DNA of 64,000 nt, from assembly GCA_977020255.1 (NCBI GenBank), contig CDROCS010003124.1, positions 124,001 through 188,000 of the forward strand, written 5' to 3'. The DNA is from Obrimoposthia wandeli (Eukaryota). A program made the translations under genes and the position numbers. Below the pieces are notes generated by a model. It was not told where the DNA came from, ran no database searches, and saw only the letters and a list, made by a program, of their open reading frames with translations. The number at the start of each line of letters is the position of its first letter. The stretch's first letter is position 1. This document shows positions 11,740 through 20,820 of this stretch, one piece after another.

Positions 11740-12322
11740 CGCATTTTGATTATTGAACTAAGGGATAAAGTTCGCATTGAAAGATTTTTCATAACCATTT
11801 TTAAAGATAATTTTAGAGTGAGTACTCTACCAATAATTAACAAGCGACTGTGCCCACATTTTAGAGCAATAAGCTCTCTAAACTCATTTCGTAAATTTAG
11901 AACAATCAGCCCTCCAGAAGACTTACTAATTTGCCCCGTCACAGTTGAGAGTACAGACTCTAGCGACCAACCCACCCTAAAAATAAAATCGATACGTGGT
12001 TCATCCCCACTTGTGTAGAGACTTACAGAAGTCTTAGGAATTGTACTGTAACTTTTTAGAAATACGTACGTAAACGTATTGCTTGTGTTAGTCTAGTGTG
12101 TTAACAATAAACGATTTCCTACATTAGAAAGCATTGTTCTAAACCCTTCAGATTAAGAGACATCGGAAAACAAACACCTTCAGATAAGAATTGAGACAGG
12201 CAACTATAACATTAAGTAGGCCACAACCATCCTTAAGTCCTGCTTCTATAAGAACGCACGTTGGGGCCCTCCACATTCAAGAGGATCTATAAGTTTTATA
12301 TAGAAACCCCAACATATTAAAG

Positions 12323-12341
12323 TGGTGCCCCGAGTGAGGAT
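12323..12341 (+). promoter_or_regulatory. Primer-binding site complementary to the 3' end of elongator tRNA-Met
   Basis: TGGTGCCCCGAGTGAGGAT differs by one base from the complement of the vertebrate elongator tRNA-Met 3' end as I recall it (TGGTGCCCCGTGTGAGGAT). Confidence 0.8.
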
Positions 12342-12449
12342 AGCTCGTCGGACACAGCGACTTCACATAGAATATAAGCAAATTGAGAATAAGTTACAGA
12401 AGAAGAAGATATAAGCAAATTGAGATAAGTAATTTGATAAGTTTGAGAA

Positions 12450-12620
12450 ATCGAGTAGATTTGTTCCTCTAATTAAGTAATTTTGGTAAAATTGTGAATC
12501 GAGTAGATTTGTTCCTCGAATTAAGTAATTTTGGTAAAATTGTGAATCGAGTAGATTTGTTCCTCGAATTAAGTAAATTGAATAAAGTTTGTGAATCGAG
12601 TGGATTTGTTCCTCGAAGTA
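12450..12620. repeat. 48-49-bp tandem repeat, 4 copies, in the leader of copy 2
   Basis: ATCGAGTAGATTTGTTCCTC core at 12450, 12498, 12546 and 12595; homologous to the 49-mer of copy 1. Confidence 0.85.
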
Positions 12621-12957
12621 ATTAATTGAATAGGTTAAGTTGAGAGACGTGTCCTCGAACTAATTAAATTGATATAAGAAATCGTAAAATAAGAATTGTG
12701 AAATAAGATAAAGTAATAAGTAAATTGATATCGTAAACGAATACATAATTGATAAGACAACGAATAATAAAAACGGACCCGCGTTTAATACTAGAAGACA
12801 AAGTCAGATTCCCCAGGAGGAGATAAATAATAATAATTTTAACCGAATTGATCAAGTTCCCCAAACAGATAAAAAAGTAATAGAAGAAGCCAGAATCGAA
12901 GAAAACGTATCAGAAAAAGACGTTAATCAATCAGCAGTTTCAACCGACAGTTTTTAT

Positions 12958-14865
12958 TTGACTGAATTATTTGGTGACATAAACCCAGAAGAATTTGAAA
13001 TTGCCAATCCAGTAGCGGTTGAGGAAATTCAATGGATTAATATTGAAGAAATAGTTGAGGAGGATATAGCTGAAAATATGGCTCACGCAGGAGCTCAAGC
13101 AGATAATAACCCAGGAGGTGTTGTAGGAGAAATGAATGCAGAACAGTTGGCACTAGCCTTAAATGCGACGTTGAGACCCAACTTTTCGGGATCATTGCAG
13201 GTTACAAAGTTTAAAAGAGATGAGGAAAGTATTTGTGACTTCCTCGCAGAATATTCGAGTTGTGCAGATGTTCAAGGATGGAACGATAAAGAAAAATGTG
13301 TCTGAGTGCAGGCACACTTAACCGGATTAGCACTTGAAGTGTATAAACATTTGACAGAAGCAGAACGTTTAGACTGGCCAACGTTGGAAAATGCTTTTAT
13401 TGGAAAATTAGTATTGGGAGACTTAGCAAAAGTGAATAAGCGAATCATGAGGGAACGGAAACAGAAACATGACGAAGGCGTGAATGAATACGCGTATGTT
13501 TTGAGAACCTTGGCCGCAAGAGCGTACCCAAGAAGAATAATGAGAAATCAGGACGGTATTCCTGTAGCTCAAGAAGCACAAGTAGCGGAAAATAACCGGA
13601 ACCAAAATGAAATGGCAGAAGTTTTGTTAGACATATTCAGAGGAGGACTGAAAAAAGATATTAAAGTGTTATTAGCAGTATCGGACACAAATGATTTTGA
13701 TAACACCGTACGAAAGGCGAGAGAGATCGAGAAAAATATAAAAAATAACGCAGCAATAGCAATTTACGCAATGACCGCAGGTGATGACGATAAGACAAAG
13801 GTATTTGTGAATAAGACAGAACCGAGTAATTTTCAGAATCGAAATTATGGACAAAATAAGTTTGAAAAAGGAGATGAATCCAGTAACGGAAACAGAGATA
13901 ATTTCCGAAGTAGAAATCGAGATGATTCGAGAGGTAGAAATAATAGTGAGTCTTGGAACAGGAATCGAGATGATTCCAGAGGTAGAAATAGTAATGATTC
14001 GTGGAATAGAAATAGAGATGATTCCAGGAATAGATTTAATAGAGATAATTCAGGAAATCGCCAACATTGGAAAGGAGACGATAGGAATTATAATGCAAAC
14101 ATAGGAGAGCGAAATGACTCTCGATTTGGAAATAATACAGGAAGCAGTGACGACAGATTCAATAATCGAGGAAGTGGTTTTGAATCGAATTTCCGAAGAA
14201 ATGATTTTAGAGGACGCTATGACAACAGACAGAATAGTCGTCGAGTACAGTTCGAAGATGAACAAAATAAGATAGATATTCGAGGGAGAATAATGTGTTA
14301 TACGTGCAAACAAATGGGTCACTACTCGAGAGATTGTACGAGAAGTAAAGAATTCGGAACTAACAGATTTGGAAATAATAATTTCGGTAATAATAATTTT
14401 GGAAATAATTATAGAGGATATAATTCACCCCCGCCATGGAATAGAGGTGGTGGATATACTCCGCAGCCATGGAGACCGAATAATCAGTATACAGATAGAC
14501 AACAGTCACCAGGTAGATACAATAACTATGCAGACAGACAGCAAGGAGCTGAGAGATACAATAATTACGTAGGTCAGCAAGGAGCTGAGAGATATAATAA
14601 TTCCGGTAGATATAATAATAATAATGTTGACAAGACAAATAGTCGTGAGAGTTCGCCGAAACCGAATGGAAATTTTAGTTACGTAAACGATGACAGTGAT
14701 AGGAATCGCGAGACCGAACTTCGACGCGAAATAGATTTCGAAGATAGTGATAGTAAATTTGAACGAATGTTGGGAATAATTAAAGATTCACCACATACAA
14801 AGATGGCGAATTCATCTACGTTGTCAAAACAAGAAAAAAAAGTCTGCACTCGAGAGAAGAGATGA
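12958..14865 (+). pseudogene. gag: gag of copy 2 (TGA at 13303-13305; A-run frameshift at 14834-14841)
   Basis: Capsid-like KFKRDEESICDFL...GWNDKEKCV*VQAHLTGLALEVY and RKQKHDEGVNEYAYVLRTLA; knuckle CYTCKQMGHYSRDC at 14296-14337. Confidence 0.85.
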
Positions 14866-16340
14866 ATGATTTAATGAATCAAATACTAGAAGCGTATGAG
14901 ACACCAATAGAGAAAACGTGTTACGCACAACCTATGACTGATCACATAGAAGCAGCAAGAAATGCTACGAGTATGGAACATGTGAAAAAGATAATTAGTG
15001 AAGCTAAAGAGACGTTGAATCAACCGTTAGATGAAACGAGCGAAGCTCCAGAAGTTTTGGCAAAACTACAAACAATTAAAGTGCACAGATTGGAAGAAGT
15101 GCGAGCAGAATTGGTTAAACATAGTCATGATTACTTGGGTTACAAAGAAGTATCACGAGGATTATTGAAAGGATATGGCCGTTACGTACAGAGATCAAAC
15201 CAAAAAGGAACGATGAAAATTTCACTTCGATTAAATTCCGGACAGATTATGCATGAAAAACTTAACGTATACCAAACAATGAAAACTATTCAAAAAAAGT
15301 TGGCCGAAAAACTTGAAATTGATGGAATGAATATGTTGTTCCATTATAAAGGAAGATCACTAGATGATGAAGACGTACCAATCGAGTGCGGATATCCAAT
15401 AGGAAACGAATTAGAGGAAAAAATTGATGTTATTACTGTAGAACGTCAAGAGTTAGTAGATAATGAAGGATTAAATGAGATATTAAACTCTGCGTTAGAA
15501 ATGATAAAAACGCCTATAGAAATGTTAGACAGTTCAAGCGAAAGCGGAAATAATGATGTAGCTGAAGCTTGGAACAAGACATCCACACCAGAACCGTACG
15601 TAGCTGAATTACAAGACGTGGAACTAGAAAATAAGTTGACGACTCCGGTGGTCGAAGTACCACCAGAACAAGAGATAATTCAAACCGGACAAGATGAAGT
15701 CACGGATATAGCCAACCAAGTGAGACAAAACGAAAACGAAACCCAACAAATTGGAGAAGATGAAATCTTCGAGATTGTAGATTTAGATTCACCAATTTGG
15801 CATGCTGCATACAGAGATAGACAAGTAGAGCAGATGATGCGACAAAACGAAGAGATTGGCCATGTAGAAGGACCAAGTCAAGAGATACAGTATAATGGTA
15901 AATCATATGATCCAGGAGAGAATCAAACTGAGTATCAGTATTTTCGAAGAGGACCTGGAAGACCTAGAAAGGACGGAAGTATATTACGAAATGTTCTAAC
16001 TGCACCACAGACTGATGAGGAGAGACATCTAAGCATTGGACAGCGAGCAACGTCATTAGAGCAGTATAGTACAGAGCGAAATGAAGATATCAGAGGTGAT
16101 ATGAATTCGGAAGCTCCAAGTAGTAAAGATATACTTACGGGAATTCTCAGGCAAGTGAAGCCGAAGTTGTTCAAAATGTACAAAGATGAAACAACCGATA
16201 TAACAGACAATTTGACTAAAGCAGTTAGATCACAAATGTCTACCGTGAATGACTGCGAATCATGGATACCATGTATCAATAGACAGATTTTACGATGGCG
16301 AAGTTTTAGCGAGATTATGTGGAAACCAGACTACAAATAA
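14862..16340 (+). CDS. Post-gag polyprotein segment: SUMO/ubiquitin-like domain (15213-15449), acidic linker, AT-hook (15945-15971), N-half of a Bcl-2-like domain
   Basis: MKISLRLNSG...LFHYKGRSLDDEDVPIECG...KIDV has a Ubl pattern. RRGPGRPRK is an AT-hook consensus. Contiguous with gag in copy 1. Confidence 0.65.
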   Translation: MNDLMNQILEAYETPIEKTCYAQPMTDHIEAARNATSMEHVKKIISEAKETLNQPLDETSEAPEVLAKLQTIKVHRLEEVRAELVKHSHDYLGYKEVSRGLLKGYGRYVQRSNQKGTMKISLRLNSGQIMHEKLNVYQTMKTIQKKLAEKLEIDGMNMLFHYKGRSLDDEDVPIECGYPIGNELEEKIDVITVERQELVDNEGLNEILNSALEMIKTPIEMLDSSSESGNNDVAEAWNKTSTPEPYVAELQDVELENKLTTPVVEVPPEQEIIQTGQDEVTDIANQVRQNENETQQIGEDEIFEIVDLDSPIWHAAYRDRQVEQMMRQNEEIGHVEGPSQEIQYNGKSYDPGENQTEYQYFRRGPGRPRKDGSILRNVLTAPQTDEERHLSIGQRATSLEQYSTERNEDIRGDMNSEAPSSKDILTGILRQVKPKLFKMYKDETTDITDNLTKAVRSQMSTVNDCESWIPCINRQILRWRSFSEIMWKPDYK

Positions 16341-16503
16341 AAAGTTAATTACAGCGATCACATATCTATGTTTCCAATTGACGGAACGAACGAGCCAACC
16401 TCACGAAGTCAAACAAGGAATAAATGAAGCAATGTATTTGATCGAGAATGTATTGCAGAAACGAATCGACGAAAACGGAGGTTGGGCAAAATTAAGAGAC
16501 TAC
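16131..16503 (+). pseudogene. Bcl-2-like domain split by a frameshift near 16340
   Basis: BH2-like KRIDENGGWAKLRDY (ENGGW at 16471-16485). BH3-like ILRQV...MYKDETTDITDNL. Reconstructed BH1-like EIMWKPDYK.KLITAITY. Confidence 0.55.
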
Positions 16504-16611
16504 GCTAAAACCATTGTAGAAATGAATGAAGACGATGAGGAACAATGTCATAAGAATCGTCAAAGAGAAAATAAACAATACCGTCCGAAAGAAATAAATA
16601 ATCAACCAAAT

Positions 16612-18800
16612 ATGTCCACAACGATGATGATGATGATGATGATGATAGTAATGTTTATGGGAATGCAACAGGCATCAGGATTAGTAGCATACGACTGTAG
16701 CGTACCAAAGATGGGACAAAAGTATTCACTGCTTGATAGCGAATATTGTCCCGAATCACAACCATCAAAATTAGAAGTTAAAGGTGTGGAAAACTACTTT
16801 GTGTATCAGGATGTTGATAAAATACAAGTAGAAGTGAAAGAATGTTCAGTCCATTCAAGTTATCACGAATTCTATTGTGGCCATAGAAGTTTTATGTCGT
16901 AAATCACACCTACCACACCGTACAAACCACATGAGGTTTTTCCGAGAGATTGCGAAGACGCATTTCGAACAGGAACAATAGAAATAGACAAGAATTACAA
17001 ACCTGATGTAAAAGTTGGGGTGAGACGATACGAAACAGTCACGAGAGTAGGACAACGATGGCCTGATGGATCTTGTGACGGAGGAACAAAAACGTGCGTG
17101 GAACCAAAGTAACAGAGTTAGTAATGGACGTAACTTACCAGATCGAATTAAAAACATGGACCGCCAATTTTGATAAAAAGACACAACGAATGATGAAGTA
17201 TCCGGAATGTAGAATGACAGATGCATCTTGTTTTACAGGTGAATCCACAATTGTGTATCACGTGAATCCAAAACAATGTTCTTTAGTATTTTTGAAAGAG
17301 ATTAGCTTTAATAAAATAAAAGGGTTCCTGTATAATAAAGATGGAGAAGGGTTCCTGTATAATAAAGTTGGAGAAGGATTTCATAATGAAACAAGACCAA
17401 TTCCTATGACGGCGACACCTACACTGTTAATGGCAACATCAACAGAAGAAGGATTGATATTTATTAAAAAGAGAAATAAAGCGCGATGCGGAATGACTGT
17501 TAGTACTACAAACTATCATGGAATAGTTTTGTTCAGAGAATTAATAGCATTGGCAGAAACCAATCTAAAACCTAGAGATATGCAGCTACACACGTATTTT
17601 AATAATAAAATTGATTTTTATTATCATAAAGGATTGATGCAGATGGAACAGTTATATCGGATGATGATCGAGAGAGATTCCCAGCTAAACAAAGAGATCG
17701 TAAGAACAAAGTTAGCATTATCTATTACGAATCCAGACATGGTAGCACCATTATTACCTTTAGATGAAGGAGTATTTGCTAAAACCATGGGAGAAGTATT
17801 GTATACTTACAAGTGTAATAAAGTAGAAGTACAGTTGAGAACAACAAACCGATGTACGAGTGAATTGGCAGTAACGAATAATTTAAAAGAACTTTTTGTT
17901 GAACCAATCACGAGAATGATACTTCCAAAAGACACTCCAACCAAAGAAATCAGCTGCTCTAATATAATGGCACCTGAATATTAGATGACGAATGATCTAT
18001 GGATAACTCTACCTGACCGAAAGCCAACGAAAACTTCAGAGATGATAAAAATGACGAATCTTAAAGGAAAAATGAAATTCGAAGCGGTAGAAAATATGGA
18101 AAATGCAGGTTTGTACAATGAAAAAGACTTAAAAGCGGCCTGGAACGAAATAATGTTTCCAGTAAAAAGGGCCAGAGTACTTACGGAGATGGTACATCGA
18201 GCATTACCGCCAGAAGCTAGATATGAGAATTTTGATATGTTATTATCGCCAAGTCATTTCAAGGAAGCAGCACATCAGACACTTAGAAAGATGTGGGGGA
18301 AATTCCTTGTTTTAGGACAATTATTTCCAGGTATCATAGGTATTTATGTTATAATTAAATTTGTGCAGTTAATTATAACCCAGGTGTTGTCTACGTATAG
18401 TTTATACAGGATAACTGGAATCACCTGGCAACTTATAATTGAATGTTTTCCATTTTTAGCGAAATATCTAATGCACCATCATCACGAGAACGAGTTGCGA
18501 GCCCTCAAGAAGGAGCAACATCAAACGAGAACCATGATACGAGAATCAAGAAACTATCGAGACGACAACGACGATGATAACGATAGCCCAGGAGAATATG
18601 CAAAGATACCAGGAAAACCAAAGATTCCGTTACCAGACAAGGAGGAAGTGACGCTAAACCTATATCCAATGAAGGAACTAAAGGAAGAGAAGGAAAAGTT
18701 CAAAAGAGGCATTTTAATGATAAGATGGCCTAAAGTGAACTACAGTGAGATTCCACAAGCAGAGGAAAAAGACAAAAAGATAATTCCAGAAGAATTCTAA
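16612..18800 (+). pseudogene. env: Chuvirus-type (class III, gB-like) envelope glycoprotein with stops and one frameshift
   Basis: Hydrophobic leader, then LVAYDCS, YCGHRSFMS, GSCDGG, YFNNKIDFYY, GEVLYTYKCNKVEV...CTSELAV...FVEPITRMI and C-terminal TM MWGKFLVLGQLFPGIIGIYVIIKFVQLII (~18291-18380). This matches the layout of chuvirus glycoproteins as I recall it. Stops at 16900 and 17982, frameshift near 17095. Confidence 0.75.
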
Positions 18801-19270
18801 AGTCTAGGATATCCAATGAGAATCCAAATGCTCCACCACAAGTAGCAGTAACACTAAACGGAAGAGAATATCTTGCCGAAGTTGATACTGGATCTGCAGT
18901 ATCAGTACTGAGTAAAGAAATCTTGTCATCAAAAGAATTAAGAGAAGTATGCCCAAAAAAACAGACATTTGTTAACGTAAATGGTACAGATGTAGTGTCA
19001 GAAGGAACACTGAAATGTTCGTTAAATATCAATGGAAGAGCATTGCAGTTAAATGCTAGAATATTCACAGATTGTGGTAGTCCAGTCATGATTGGGATGG
19101 ATGTAATACGGATGTTTGAAGGAATAATTATATTACCAAACAACAAGAGTTTTAAGAACGACAGTTCAGTGAGAGAGATAAAAATGTTGAGAGGACCTAT
19201 AGTCGAAAAGGAAAAATACACTATGTTCCGTATGGGAAATCCGTATAAGACAAAAAACAGGAAGCGCTAG
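18800..19270 (+). CDS. Retropepsin-type aspartic protease 1
   Basis: The frame of ORF 18923..19270 is open from 18749: VAVTLNGREYLAEVDTGSAVSVL (DTG 18884-18892)...VNVNG...VMIGMDVI. Confidence 0.8.
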   Translation, partial: KSRISNENPNAPPQVAVTLNGREYLAEVDTGSAVSVLSKEILSSKELREVCPKKQTFVNVNGTDVVSEGTLKCSLNINGRALQLNARIFTDCGSPVMIGMDVIRMFEGIIILPNNKSFKNDSSVREIKMLRGPIVEKEKYTMFRMGNPYKTKNRKR

Positions 19271-19317
19271 TAAAGTCGATACTTCACTACAAAGATGTAA
19301 ACTACGGACCACAAGCT

Positions 19318-20820
19318 ATGACGAGGAGGAAAATAACATACGTGAATCTGTCAGAAAAAGATCCTTTGAGAATCGAGAAAAATAGACGAAGATCACTAGA
19401 ACAGTACTATTCAAAAGAAATGTCACGTAAAATGGCGAGAACAGGTTTACAAATGTTAAACACGACAAATAGTTATGGTTCTGAGGAAGTAGTACGATGC
19501 GTATGGTGTAGAGTAAAGTTTAGGAAGTGGGAAAACAATGATAACCCAATGAAACGTCATAAAAGAGATGCACCAAATTGTCCATTTCTCTTGAAACTGA
19601 AAACTTCAAACGTACCAGAAATCCAAATGGGAAAAGCACCCGATTTCGATAACAGTGACGAGATTCCAGAAGGAAAATCAGCTCTAATAGTAGGCAAAGT
19701 AATAACAAATAGCCGAATTGAAGACATATTCGAAGTAATGCGAGAAGTGAACGAATGTGACGAACAATATCGAGAAGTAACTTTCGAAGATCCAAGACTT
19801 AAAAAATTGGCAAAAAAGGGACTTTTTGCTATAAAAAAGGATGGTAAAGACTTAATTAAATATCACAAGTGTAAAAAAGAACGAATTATCGACAGATATA
19901 CTCTCGAGTTACCTAAGAAAACTTTACACCATGAATTCTGCGAATTTTGTATTTTTAAAAACAAAATAAAGCAAAAAGAACAGAAAACCGAATGTATAAT
20001 CGAATACCAAATCACACGGAAAGAGATTTTGGCTCAACAAGACACACTGGTAGTGTCATTCGTGAGAAGACTATATCCAAAAGAAGCAGAAAGAATCAGA
20101 GATTTGGTAGAATTAAAAATAAAAACTACGCGAAACGGATACGGATCAATTTTTGAATTACTAAAAGATAAAGATGATAGTACAATCGAAACAAAAGAGA
20201 AAGAGTACATAAACAAACTAGAATACGCACTAGAAGATCCGGAATGCGCAGTTTGCATGGTCAACAAAATAGAAGTTGCCTTTTTACCATGTGGACATGT
20301 AAGAACATGTCGGAGATGTGCGAAGGAAATGGTATCATGCCCGATTTGTAGAAGGATAATAGATCGACAAGTGAGAAATATTAGATTTCACTATCCAAAC
20401 AAAGGAAGTGGACCGACAGAGTTTAATAATTCGATAAATACAATATACCATATGGGAAATATAAATGGAGCACAGCGACCAGCAGCTATCATTAGAGTAA
20501 ATAATTTAAGAGTAAAAGCCTTAATTGATACAGGAGCTGTAGCTTCGATAGTAAGTGAAGATTGTTTGACAGAGGAACAGAAACGAACAATGGCAGAACC
20601 AGATGAATTCTTGGTATCGGTCAATGGAGACCCTGTAAAAGTGACGGGAATATTACCATATACATTTATAATTAGACGTAATACGATCACTATACCAGTA
20701 AGAATCATGAAAGAATGTCCTGAACCTACAATTTTAGGAATGGATGTACTATCACAACTCAAAGGGATAAGTATTGATTTACAAGATCCAAGATTGAAGG
20801 ATAGCACATCAAACAGATAA
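19318..20820 (+). CDS. IAP-like module (BIR, degenerate BIR, RING) fused in-frame to aspartic protease 2
   Basis: BIR CVWC-x16-H-x6-C with exact spacing. RING CAVC...FLPCGH...CRRCA...CPICR at 20245-20352. ALIDTGAVASIV (DTG 20527) and ILGMDVL. Confidence 0.88.
   Translation: MTRRKITYVNLSEKDPLRIEKNRRRSLEQYYSKEMSRKMARTGLQMLNTTNSYGSEEVVRCVWCRVKFRKWENNDNPMKRHKRDAPNCPFLLKLKTSNVPEIQMGKAPDFDNSDEIPEGKSALIVGKVITNSRIEDIFEVMREVNECDEQYREVTFEDPRLKKLAKKGLFAIKKDGKDLIKYHKCKKERIIDRYTLELPKKTLHHEFCEFCIFKNKIKQKEQKTECIIEYQITRKEILAQQDTLVVSFVRRLYPKEAERIRDLVELKIKTTRNGYGSIFELLKDKDDSTIETKEKEYINKLEYALEDPECAVCMVNKIEVAFLPCGHVRTCRRCAKEMVSCPICRRIIDRQVRNIRFHYPNKGSGPTEFNNSINTIYHMGNINGAQRPAAIIRVNNLRVKALIDTGAVASIVSEDCLTEEQKRTMAEPDEFLVSVNGDPVKVTGILPYTFIIRRNTITIPVRIMKECPEPTILGMDVLSQLKGISIDLQDPRLKDSTSNR

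Larger units (their letters stand above)
9825..12314 (+). repeat. 5' LTR of copy 2 (~2490 bp)
   Basis: TGTTAGG...CCCCAACA termini form an imperfect inverted repeat. Homology with copy 1 at ~9825-10000 and ~11975-12314. AATAAA at 12106-12111. Confidence 0.8.

Noticed and set aside
11355-11975. 206-aa ORF on the minus strand
   Set aside because: It is a translation of the 62/63-bp array with no independent coding evidence.
14834-14865. ATGA stop/start overlap between gag and the next ORF, suggesting termination-reinitiation
   Set aside because: Copy 1 has 6 A in this run and reads straight through (KQEKSLHSREEMN); copy 2 has 8 A, so the overlap is a frameshift mutation.
1-15620. Inverted duplication as an assembly artefact
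   Set aside because: The copies differ by many substitutions, indels and entirely different LTR arrays.
17320-17377. 27-bp in-frame tandem duplication in the glycoprotein (GFLYNKDGE/GFLYNKVGE)
   Set aside because: Real, but most likely slippage in a decayed copy; no comparison copy in the window.
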